DNA of 64,000 bases from NCBI GenBank assembly GCA_021734325.1, contig JAIPJF010000017.1, positions 5,252 to 69,251 on the forward strand, written 5' to 3'. Below are positions 52,319-60,948 of this stretch, piece after piece. Source of the stretch: Fidelibacterota bacterium (GTDB lineage Bacteria > Fidelibacterota > UBA8477 > JABMPR01). The notes under the pieces are model-generated. The model was not told where the DNA came from. It saw nothing but the letters and a program-made list of their open reading frames with translations, and ran no database searches. Position 1 is the stretch's first letter; each line of letters starts with the position of its first letter. The translations under genes and the position numbers were made by a program.

Positions 52319-53566
52319 ATGAAACGCACACTACTTTACCTCATACTCATCAGTTTGATCACTATCAATCCGCGTATCAACGGGTGGAATGAAGCCAGCC
52401 GAATGGCCCTGACTCAATCCCTGGTCGAAGAGCATAACTTCAAAATCGATAACAGCGATTTTGCTGATACAGGGGATAAAGTATTTGTTGATGGGCATTT
52501 TTATTCTGATAAACCGCCCCTTCCATCTATTATCGCTGCCCTTGTTTACTGGCCACTATATCAAATTGGCCTACGCCTGAGTTATGGATGGAATCTGGCC
52601 TATTATTTAATCATCCTGTTCACCATCAAGTTGTTCTGGGTATTTAGTGTACTCGCCTTTAAAAGGGCGCTGTCATATCTCGAAGTGAAGCACAGAACAA
52701 TCGATATCCTGGTTCCCATTTTCGCCTTTGGCTCTATAATGTTAACCTGGTCGGCGACATTCAATAACCATAGTTTGGCAGCCTCAAGCATCATGATCGC
52801 TTTCATGTTCTACCTGAAAAGCAAATCAGAAAAATCCAGGAAATCAATTTTTGCTTCAGGCTTCTTTTTTGGGTTGGCAGGTGCCATGGATATTCCAACG
52901 GGCATATTTTTTATCAGTTTTGGTCTATTGTTATTTGATGGATGGAAAATTAGCACAAAAATGCTTCCCTATTTCATTGCCGGTCTGATACCACTGATTC
53001 TACATTTCTGGATTAATTATTCGATAGGGCATACATTGCTTCCTCTTCAGATCGTTCCGGAATATTTCGACTATGAAGGAACCATATGGAGAGGTGGTGT
53101 GCAGCCAAGTGGTATGCAGCCAAATTCAGGATGGGATTCTATAAAATATGGTTTATCCAGCCTGTTGGGGCTCCGGGGATTCCTTTTATACAACCCGCTT
53201 TTATTTATTGCGATACCACTTCTGATCAAAGAAGGATTCTCGGGACAGCGCCTGAAAAGGGAAAGTCGATTGCTCTTAGTCTCGGTATTGGTCTTCCTCA
53301 GTTATTACTTCATCTATACAACCAATTATGGTGGATGGAGCTACAGTATTCGCTGGTTTGTCCCGCTTTTACCTTTTTTCATGATCTATCTTATTGGCGT
53401 TGAGGACTATTTAGAAAATCGGAAGATAAGAATAAGCTTGGGTCCAATAGCAGTGGTCTCAATGATTATCTCCTCCATCGGCCTTATTAACCCCTGGAGT
53501 AATGCTGATTATCATTCGATACCTTTTATGGCAAATGTGAAACAACTCATTCATCTATTCTTCTGA
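52319..53566 (+). CDS. polytopic membrane protein, possibly GT-C-like
   Basis: NEASRMALT, FYSDKPP, RGFLLYNP and GGWSYSIRW; about 10 TMs. Confidence 0.6.
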   Translation: MKRTLLYLILISLITINPRINGWNEASRMALTQSLVEEHNFKIDNSDFADTGDKVFVDGHFYSDKPPLPSIIAALVYWPLYQIGLRLSYGWNLAYYLIILFTIKLFWVFSVLAFKRALSYLEVKHRTIDILVPIFAFGSIMLTWSATFNNHSLAASSIMIAFMFYLKSKSEKSRKSIFASGFFFGLAGAMDIPTGIFFISFGLLLFDGWKISTKMLPYFIAGLIPLILHFWINYSIGHTLLPLQIVPEYFDYEGTIWRGGVQPSGMQPNSGWDSIKYGLSSLLGLRGFLLYNPLLFIAIPLLIKEGFSGQRLKRESRLLLVSVLVFLSYYFIYTTNYGGWSYSIRWFVPLLPFFMIYLIGVEDYLENRKIRISLGPIAVVSMIISSIGLINPWSNADYHSIPFMANVKQLIHLFF

Positions 53567-53576
53567 TTATCTAACC

Positions 53577-53598
53577 AAGCCCGTAACCTGGGGCTTTT
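53577..53598 (+). terminator. putative intrinsic terminator
   Basis: AAGCCC-gtaacctg-GGGCTT-TT just after the stop at 53566. Confidence 0.55.
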
Positions 53599-53715
53599 AG
53601 AGCAAAAAAGTCGAACAAGCCAGATAAAAGACATAATGTACACCTGTTCTCTGTCACGTATCATTTGGTTTTTATTTGTTGAGTTTCGAGAAATTAGTTT
53701 GGTTTATAGACTTTT

Positions 53716-53916
53716 TTACCTGCATGCCAAAGCTACAGTGCAGACATGCAGATCCGTCTTCACTGTGTTTCGACAGGGAAAGAACGGATTCTCCAAAAGC
53801 GGGTTTTCCCCGCATGCTGCGGGTTTCTGGGATGGATGTTCGGCTGTGCCTCCATCTTTCTCCACTTCGTTACGAATCGAACCCTCATGCAAGGCAATAA
53901 CTCCATTTGGGCTCGA
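53716..53916 (-). ncRNA. candidate structured non-coding RNA of unknown family downstream of tRNA-Ser
   Basis: About 200 nt, GC-richer than its AT-rich flanks, with at least 6 helices including a long-range closing stem. G-U pairs occur only on the minus strand. Confidence 0.5.
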
Positions 53917-53940
53917 ATATATGGGATCGTGCGTAGGGTG

Positions 53941-54027
53941 CGGAGAGGGAGGGATTCGAACCCCCGGTACCCGAAGGTACGCTGCATTTCGAGTGCAGTG
54001 CATTCAACCGGACTCTGCCACCTCTCC
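53941..54027 (-). tRNA. tRNA-Ser(CGA), CCA not encoded
   Basis: GGAGAGG acceptor stem, CTGCA-CT-CGA-AA-TGCAG anticodon arm, long variable arm GTACC-TTCG-GGTAC, GGTTCGAATCC T-arm, discriminator G. Confidence 0.97.
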
Positions 54028-54071
54028 ATTAAAAAGTCAAATGAATATAAAAATGCTGCTTTGAGCGGCAA

Positions 54072-54575
54072 TCACTTAAGATCTCCAGATAGATTATTTG
54101 GGGACCGGGTCTTACTGAAAAAACTATCCAATATACCCTTACATTTATTTTCCAGAATTCCGCCAAAAATATCCACTTTATGATTAAGAAAGTTGCCGGA
54201 GCAAAGTTGAGTAGCACCCCCGCAAGCTCCATGCTCGAGATCATCTGCTCCAAACACGACCTGCGGAATACGGGCATTTAGAATTGCTCCTGCACACATG
54301 GGGCAGGGCTCCAGGGTCACATATAAAATTGTATCCCTTAATCTCCAATCTTCCAGATAGTTTGCTGCAGCTGTTATGGCAAGAATCTCAGCATGTGCCG
54401 TCGGATCCTTCAAAGTCTCCCTTTGATTATGTCCTCTCCCAATAATTCTATTCTTGTACACAATAATTGCACCGACGGGAACTTCGTTTTCGTGATATGC
54501 CTTCTCTGCTTCTCGAAAGGCTTCTTCCATCCAGTAAAGATGCGAGTCAGTGTTTAACGCGGAAACTCCAGTCAT
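54072..54575 (-). CDS. tadA: tRNA adenosine deaminase TadA
   Basis: EVPVGA, DPTAHAE and TLEPCPMCAGA. Confidence 0.96.
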   Translation of the reverse strand: MTGVSALNTDSHLYWMEEAFREAEKAYHENEVPVGAIIVYKNRIIGRGHNQRETLKDPTAHAEILAITAAANYLEDWRLRDTILYVTLEPCPMCAGAILNARIPQVVFGADDLEHGACGGATQLCSGNFLNHKVDIFGGILENKCKGILDSFFSKTRSPNNLSGDLK

Positions 54576-54602
54576 ATTCCGATCATCCTGAATTATGAAT
54601 AA

Positions 54603-55217
54603 TTAACTTAAGGGTTTGGCCTTGATCGTTCCGTTTGAAAGTTCATGAAGCTCCCAGGAGAAAGGATCTGCCTGATCTTCCCTGATTCTGAGCTTTATGC
54701 TCACATCTGAGCCATAATTCTGATCTATGAGCTTTGCCTCATAATTCTCCATCAGACGATATACCAAATTTGCATGTTCAAAATCACATTCACAGATCAA
54801 GAGCTTGCTTGGAATAAATGATCTTACCTTCACAAGGGGCATTGTTTCCTGGATCAGGCCACTATATGCACGAATGAGCCCGCCTTTCCCAAGTTTTGTG
54901 CCCCCAAAATACCGTGTAACGATTGCCAGCACATTGGTAATATTTGCACCAACGAGTGCCTGATATATCGGTTTGCCTGCAGTCCCTGCTGGCTCCCCAT
55001 CGTCATTTACTCTCCAGATCTCACTGTCCCCGACACCTAGCCGCCATGCATAGCAGTGATGATTGGCGTTATGCTCACGTTTTTTAATTTCAGAAATATG
55101 GGATTCGATCTCATCTTCAGTTTTAACTGGAAAGATATCGGCAATAAATTTTGAAGCCTTAATTTTAATTTGGTGCTGATAATGCTCAACAACCTGATTG
55201 AAAGCAGAAGTACTCAT
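54603..55217 (-). CDS. YigZ/IMPACT family protein
   Basis: KASKFIA, ANHHCYAWR, DDGEPAGTAG and RYFGGTKLGKGGLIRAY. Confidence 0.95.
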   Translation of the reverse strand: MSTSAFNQVVEHYQHQIKIKASKFIADIFPVKTEDEIESHISEIKKREHNANHHCYAWRLGVGDSEIWRVNDDGEPAGTAGKPIYQALVGANITNVLAIVTRYFGGTKLGKGGLIRAYSGLIQETMPLVKVRSFIPSKLLICECDFEHANLVYRLMENYEAKLIDQNYGSDVSIKLRIREDQADPFSWELHELSNGTIKAKPLS

Positions 55218-56803
55218 TTTAAGATTGTAAATTTACGGCTTAATACAGAGTCACCCGAGATAAGCTGGATAAAGTAAATTCCTGAAGATGTCGACTCCGG
55301 CAACTCAAGATCGATTATTCGAATTCCCTCAGGACTGAATTGTTCCTTTTGATAGATAATCTCCCCCCGGAGGTTATATACCTTCAGTTCCAGCATCCCG
55401 GGAGATCCCAGCATAAGATTAAGATGAACTGGGTCATTTCTTAATACCACCGGGTTAGGCCACAGGGTCTGAATTCTATTGTTAAGTGTGAGTGTACTCC
55501 CCCCGAAAGTCAAGCGAAACCCGACAGTAGAATTTCTGTCCCCATTTACCATGGGGAGAATAAGATAATCTTGACTGTTTGTGCTGTCGCAATTGATCCA
55601 AACATCATTTACTACTGGGGATTTCAGGGACGAGCCATTGTCAAAACTGTGATAGGTGAGGTACACTCTCTGATCTTGGGTCAGGTCTGACCCCCATAAA
55701 TAAAAATTACTCAGGGTCTGAGTTGAAAATCTTTTAAAATCCATCTGCATCGATTCTAGCTCAAAATCATAAGGGGTTGGATAGTCATTCGGTAAAATAT
55801 AATCTGAAGTTCTGATCTCTGGTAATTGGCCAGCATCATTATAATATCGACTTGGCAAAGCCCGTGTACCGGTGAAGACATTGTACAGAGCGTATTTTCC
55901 CAGGGCATCAGTAAGACTCGATCCCCACGGTGAAGCACTCAGCACTTGCGCCAGATTATCGGTAGCCTCTCTCGTATTCAGATGCTCCCAGATCGAAAGC
56001 ATGATGTGCTTTCCATTTTTTATTCCGTATTCCTGATCCAAAACCTGTCCAAATAATCCATGCCCGTAGCTATACAAAAAACTGCGGGAATCATCATTGA
56101 GATTTGGAAAGGCAGACTGACTAAAATTGTCAGCAACATAAGCATGATAATCATTGATTTCAGGGTAACATTTTTCTTCAAACCAGGTGCTCGATATTTC
56201 ATACCAGTAGGCATTAGAACTGACTGGGGCAAAGGGGAACGCATATCTTAGCTGAATCATATGGAAGAACTCATGGGCAATGGTGACTCGTAATGCTTCC
56301 AGACCACTCGTTGCATAGGCTGATTCAATATAATCATTGTCAACCTCTAGATAGGTCGCTTGTCCGGTATACGGTTCAGAATAGGTGGGATTAAATGAGG
56401 TCATGCCGTAATAGATGGATCCCCAATTTGTTTTCATATCAACAACATAGATATCAAGCTCTGAACCATCTACCCCGCCATCGGGGAGAGGAGGTAGGAA
56501 ACCAAGTTCATTGACCAGAAGATTATATGCGGAATCAGCAGCTATACTTGCCTCCTGGATGAAGAGGGGTGTTCCAATAACGCTTGACCCGCTAACTGCA
56601 TGCACACCTGTTCGTGTAAAATGAATCCGGAAATTACCACTTGGACTTAATATTGATTCATCGAGATAATCAAAATTCCTATCACTGACCGATTTTGCAG
56701 CCATGCGCTCACCTCGCTGCACGGCGAATCCACATTTATGGGCAGCTACCTCCTGTGCCCAAAGGGTGGATAGAACCAGTAAAAATAAGACTGAAAAGCG
56801 CAT
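55214..56803 (-). CDS. secreted zinc metallopeptidase-like protein with T9SS type-A-like C-terminal domain
   Basis: Signal peptide, HKCG propeptide-like motif, AHEFFH zincin, WYEISSTWFEE, and C-terminal WPNP...KVYNLRG...SSGIYFI...KFTILK. Confidence 0.85.
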   Translation of the reverse strand: MRFSVLFLLVLSTLWAQEVAAHKCGFAVQRGERMAAKSVSDRNFDYLDESILSPSGNFRIHFTRTGVHAVSGSSVIGTPLFIQEASIAADSAYNLLVNELGFLPPLPDGGVDGSELDIYVVDMKTNWGSIYYGMTSFNPTYSEPYTGQATYLEVDNDYIESAYATSGLEALRVTIAHEFFHMIQLRYAFPFAPVSSNAYWYEISSTWFEEKCYPEINDYHAYVADNFSQSAFPNLNDDSRSFLYSYGHGLFGQVLDQEYGIKNGKHIMLSIWEHLNTREATDNLAQVLSASPWGSSLTDALGKYALYNVFTGTRALPSRYYNDAGQLPEIRTSDYILPNDYPTPYDFELESMQMDFKRFSTQTLSNFYLWGSDLTQDQRVYLTYHSFDNGSSLKSPVVNDVWINCDSTNSQDYLILPMVNGDRNSTVGFRLTFGGSTLTLNNRIQTLWPNPVVLRNDPVHLNLMLGSPGMLELKVYNLRGEIIYQKEQFSPEGIRIIDLELPESTSSGIYFIQLISGDSVLSRKFTILK

Positions 56804-56806
56804 GAA

Positions 56807-58126
56807 TTACTTTTTCCTGAAAGCGATTCTGATGGGGACTCCCTCAAAGCCAAACATTTCCCGGAACCGATTCTCAATGTACCTCTTATAGGAGGTCTTA
56901 ATTAGGTCAGGATAATTTGAAAAAATTACAATGACCGGCGGTTCAACAGCAACCTGGGAACAATAATTTAGTTTTATTTCTTTCCCATGAGGTGACGGAG
57001 GTTGCATTCTGGCAACAACATCCTCCAGGAATAGATTCAATTGCCTGGTTGGTATTCTCTTTTGTTGTTCCTCATGAATCTGCTTGACCAGATCAACCAA
57101 TTTAAATATACGTTGTCTCTCAAGCGTGGAAATAAACTGGATCGGATAATGTCGTAGCTCAAACATATCATCAATAAGGGCTTGCTTGAAATCTCTCATG
57201 GTATTGGTCGATTTTTGAATAAGATCCCATTTATTGACCCCGACAATCATTCCTTTCCCCGCTGCCAGAATTTCTTCCATAACGCGTGCGTCATGGGAAA
57301 CAAATCCCTTCTCAGCATCTATCAGGACGATCACAACATGGGCACTTTTTATTGCCTGTTGCGTGCGTACAGAACTATAGTATTCAATCGAATTGCTTAC
57401 TTTTGCTTTGCGGCGCAATCCAGCTGTATCGATCATTTCAAACGATTGACCAAAATATCTGAAGCTCGTGTTTATAGAATCTCTTGTGGTACCGGGGATA
57501 TCCGTCACGATTTGCCGGTCAATTCCTAACAATGCATTGGTAAGGCTTGATTTTCCAGCATTTGGCATACCCACAATGGCAAAGCGGATTACATTTTCAT
57601 CTATTTCTTCCTCAACCTGAATTTCACCAAAAGTGGATACAACTTGATCCAAGACATCGCCAATACTCCTGCCATTCAGTGCACTGATGGGAAAAACTTC
57701 ACCCAATCCCAACTGGTAGAAGACATGACTCTGATTTTCCAGATCACGATTATCGGCTTTATTCGCGACCAGAATGACAGGTTTTTTGGCTCGACGAGCA
57801 CGCTTGACTATTTCTTCATCTTCCCATGTAATGCCAACAATCGTATCGACCATTAGCATGATTACATCAGCTTCATCAATCGCCAGGACGGCTTGTTTAC
57901 GCACTTCCTTATCTATGATATCCTCGGTTTGGGGGATATAGCCGCCTGTATCGACAAGAAAAAAGTTATGACCTGCCCAGTCAGTCTCGGTCGCCACACG
58001 ATCTCGTGTGACCCCTTCCTGCTCGTGTACGATGGAGAGTCGTTTCCCGACGATTCTGTTAAATAATGTCGATTTCCCAACATTTGGTCGGCCAACAATT
58101 GCTACAATCGGTAACCTCAGACCCAT
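56807..58126 (-). CDS. der: ribosome biogenesis GTPase Der (EngA)
   Basis: Tandem G-domains GRPNVGKS and GMPNAGKS, DTAGLRR, and a KH-like C-terminus. Confidence 0.97.
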   Translation of the reverse strand: MGLRLPIVAIVGRPNVGKSTLFNRIVGKRLSIVHEQEGVTRDRVATETDWAGHNFFLVDTGGYIPQTEDIIDKEVRKQAVLAIDEADVIMLMVDTIVGITWEDEEIVKRARRAKKPVILVANKADNRDLENQSHVFYQLGLGEVFPISALNGRSIGDVLDQVVSTFGEIQVEEEIDENVIRFAIVGMPNAGKSSLTNALLGIDRQIVTDIPGTTRDSINTSFRYFGQSFEMIDTAGLRRKAKVSNSIEYYSSVRTQQAIKSAHVVIVLIDAEKGFVSHDARVMEEILAAGKGMIVGVNKWDLIQKSTNTMRDFKQALIDDMFELRHYPIQFISTLERQRIFKLVDLVKQIHEEQQKRIPTRQLNLFLEDVVARMQPPSPHGKEIKLNYCSQVAVEPPVIVIFSNYPDLIKTSYKRYIENRFREMFGFEGVPIRIAFRKK

Positions 58127-59400
58127 GGTGAAAGTATCTCCAGCATGTCTTCGTGATGGATATAGACCGGCAGACCCAATCTTTTTTCAATACTCTCACG
58201 TGTGTGATCGTCCAATGTGATTCCCTCGTCGCTAAACATTCTATACGATAGATAAACTGCGTCCGCCGCCTGAATTGACTTTAACTGAGTCACGAGGTCC
58301 CGCGCTGAAATAAGACCGGTCACTGTCACCAGTTCTGGTCCCAGCCAATCATTTTTTACAGGGATAATCTCATATTCAAGATTCTCAATCGTGTCCAAAG
58401 AGGCGCTAATAGTATCTGATAAAAATTGATACCCGAGAACGCCAGTTACAAAGATCAAACGCGTAGGTCGCTTGAGTTTTTGAGGTAACATTGGTTGACT
58501 TGCCAGGAATCGATTGGAAAAATCCCGACACTGGCCGACACCGTTCTCTATCATGGAAAACTCACCATAATAATCATTATCGGGGATGGGTTTTCCACCA
58601 AGAATGAAAAACTCATCACTCAAATACACAAAGCGGTCAATGTCTGGAAGCTTGAATTCACCCTCCCGGGATTGGAACCACTCAATAAAGTCAGAAGCCG
58701 AATCTTTTGTAAACGATGTGAGTTGTGGTAGTCCATCGCGATATTTTGTTAAACCAACAGGTACAATCGACACAGTTTTAACACCGGGATGGAATTGTGC
58801 CAGATCTCTAACTGTTTCCAGTAATATATCTCCATCATTCCACCCTGGACACAGAACGATCTGAGTGTGCAATTCAATTTTGTGATCGGTTAAGAACTTG
58901 ATCTTATCAAGAATCTGATCGTCCTTGCCATAGAGAAGCATCTCTCTGCGAAGTTGAGGATTGGTCACATGGACACTTACATATAGCGGGCTTAGTTGCT
59001 GTTCAACAACGCGATCGAGCTGCTTCTGACCCATATTGGTCATGGTAATATAATGACCATATAAAAAGCTAAATCTGAAATCACCGTCTTTAAAATTGAG
59101 TGCTTCTCGAACACCGGGCGGATTTTGATGAGCAAAGCAGAAGACACAGTTATTTGCACATGAGCGTATTTTCATGGGCTCCATGCCAAGTCCTAGTTCC
59201 TCATCAATACTTTTCCTGATATGCAACTGTCGTTCAATCCCATCCCTTTGTAATACGATATCGAGCGCTTCATCGGCAGCATAAAATTCATAATCAATCT
59301 CATCGCCAATTGCTCTGCCATTGATTGAAATGAGTTCTTCTCCTGGAAGGATGCCGTTGTATTCGGCGGGACTCTTGGGAGTGATGCTAACAATATTCAT
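58117..59400 (-). CDS. DUF512 family PDZ/Fe-S radical-SAM-like protein
   Basis: N-terminal PDZ-like (SPAEYNGI), CANNCVFC, KDGDFRFSFL, QIVLCPG and ENGVG. Start set at ATG 59400. Confidence 0.88.
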   Translation of the reverse strand: MNIVSITPKSPAEYNGILPGEELISINGRAIGDEIDYEFYAADEALDIVLQRDGIERQLHIRKSIDEELGLGMEPMKIRSCANNCVFCFAHQNPPGVREALNFKDGDFRFSFLYGHYITMTNMGQKQLDRVVEQQLSPLYVSVHVTNPQLRREMLLYGKDDQILDKIKFLTDHKIELHTQIVLCPGWNDGDILLETVRDLAQFHPGVKTVSIVPVGLTKYRDGLPQLTSFTKDSASDFIEWFQSREGEFKLPDIDRFVYLSDEFFILGGKPIPDNDYYGEFSMIENGVGQCRDFSNRFLASQPMLPQKLKRPTRLIFVTGVLGYQFLSDTISASLDTIENLEYEIIPVKNDWLGPELVTVTGLISARDLVTQLKSIQAADAVYLSYRMFSDEGITLDDHTRESIEKRLGLPVYIHHEDMLEILSPWV

Positions 59401-59564
59401 GGCGCGAATATATCCAGGAGGCATCATGGATGAAACGTTTTGATATGGATTGAACACATTACTGAATTGCTCCAGGTCATTCATACAAAGCTGAAATTCA
59501 GCGCAAATTTATTTTTGAGTTCGATAAAATTGAAAAAATTCCTCGCCGCAAATTATTTATCAAA

Positions 59565-59594
59565 TTGACAGCTATTCGACGATTGGTTTATTGT
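59565..59594 (+). promoter_or_regulatory. putative sigma70 promoter of the DUF1015-aminotransferase-serA operon
   Basis: TTGACA (59565-70), 18 nt, TATTGT (59589-94). Confidence 0.5.
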
Positions 59595-59659
59595 GTTCGG
59601 GATGTCCGCGTCTAAATTCTCCATGATGCTGAGCGCGAAAAATCAATTGAGGTGACCAA

Positions 59660-60943
59660 ATGTCCATTCTCCCATTCTGTGGAACAATTTACAACCCCGA
59701 CATTTTTCCGAATCTTTCCGATATAATTTCTCCACCCTACGATGTGATTTCCCCTGAAGAGAGGAGATTTTTCCTTACCAGGTCTCGTTATAACAGTGCT
59801 CGCTTGATTCTCGGTGAAGAGAAGCAGGGAGACTTCTTTGAGGATGAATTTTATGAAGGGACGAGAGATCTTATTAAAAAGTGGCATGAAGAAGGGATAC
59901 TGGTTAAGCGGGAGCAACCCGGCCTCTTTTTGCTTCACCAGTTTTTTACAGGCCCCGATGGTGAACAGCACCTAAGGAAGGGGTTTATCGCACTGATGCC
60001 TATCCTGCCATATGGCGCTGACACGGTCAGGGCACATGAACGTACACATATGGGGCCGATTAAGGACAGGCTGAGACTTACTACCACCACGAAAATAAAT
60101 TTTTCGCAAATATTTTTTACATATCAGGATGCTGAGAATGCTGTATCCAGAATACTGGACGAAGCGATCTCTAAAGCTGTGGTCAAATTCGATGGTGTTA
60201 ATGAGGATACGGGAGTTGAAAATATCTGCTACCTCATTGAAGATGAGGATGTGATTTCTCAGGTGCAGTCTCTTATGGAGGGAAAACCTGTATTTATTGC
60301 TGACGGTCATCATCGATATGAGACCATGAGACAATACAGAAACCAGCGACAAGCTGAGACAGGTTTTTCAGAAATTGATGCCAATTATATCATGGCATAT
60401 TTTTCATGCTCTCAGGATTCAGGTCTGAAAGTCTATCCAACCCATAGAAGTTTGAGGGGACTACCAGAATTCTCCTATCAGATATTGATGGACAAATTAA
60501 TGAATTATTTTGATTTGGAAAAAATGGATTCGGAGGATGTTGAGTTGGGACACAATCATCGCCGTTTAATCATGACGGATGAAAGTGGGATCCCCTGCTC
60601 GCTGCTTCTAAAGGAATCTGCTTACAATGAGCTAAGACATCGCTTGGATGATCCAATTCTTGCCGAGGTAGATACTGTAATCCTCGAGGAGATCATCCTT
60701 AAAGATATAATAAAGATGACATCAGAAGACATTGAGCACCATCGGTATATCGAATATCATCGGGATATTGATGGATTTTGGGAAGCAATGCGCACTGGGA
60801 GTCAGGTAGGGTGGATCATGAATTATCCTGATAATAACATCCTGTTTGAAATTGGTGGAAGGGGCCTTCGATTACCTCAAAAGAGCACCTTTTTCTTCCC
60901 AAAACTACCCACTGGAATGGTATTTAGAGAACTTGAGGAATAG
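59660..60943 (+). CDS. DUF1015 family protein
   Basis: PPYDVI, HERT, IADGHHRYET and LPQKSTFFFPK. Confidence 0.92.
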   Translation: MSILPFCGTIYNPDIFPNLSDIISPPYDVISPEERRFFLTRSRYNSARLILGEEKQGDFFEDEFYEGTRDLIKKWHEEGILVKREQPGLFLLHQFFTGPDGEQHLRKGFIALMPILPYGADTVRAHERTHMGPIKDRLRLTTTTKINFSQIFFTYQDAENAVSRILDEAISKAVVKFDGVNEDTGVENICYLIEDEDVISQVQSLMEGKPVFIADGHHRYETMRQYRNQRQAETGFSEIDANYIMAYFSCSQDSGLKVYPTHRSLRGLPEFSYQILMDKLMNYFDLEKMDSEDVELGHNHRRLIMTDESGIPCSLLLKESAYNELRHRLDDPILAEVDTVILEEIILKDIIKMTSEDIEHHRYIEYHRDIDGFWEAMRTGSQVGWIMNYPDNNILFEIGGRGLRLPQKSTFFFPKLPTGMVFRELEE

Positions 60944-60948
60944 GAACC

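Noticed and set aside
53551-53664. 37-aa minus-strand ORF (MIRDREQVYIMSF...) downstream of the structured element
   Set aside because: No RBS, crosses the terminator hairpin, overlaps the end of the convergent gene, and has no recognisable features.
53716-53916. SRP RNA (ffs), 6S RNA, tmRNA or a full intron as the identity of the structured element
   Set aside because: There is no SRP helix-8 motif and no tRNA-like ends or tag ORF. The fold looks multibranched rather than a 6S-like rod, and intron-like matches are only short fragments. An Rfam search is still needed.
53636-54277. Several 74-145 aa ORFs on both strands (53636..54064, 53676..53900, 53716..54003, 53746..54183, 53760..54071, 54029..54277)
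   Set aside because: They overlap tRNA-Ser, the structured element or tadA. They are open frames by chance in GC-richer RNA sequence and have no protein motifs.
59401-59484. N-terminal extension of DUF512 given by the ORF track, and similar extensions for tsaE, surE, rplM and frr
   Set aside because: Family homology begins at downstream starts that have a better RBS, promoter or coupling context.
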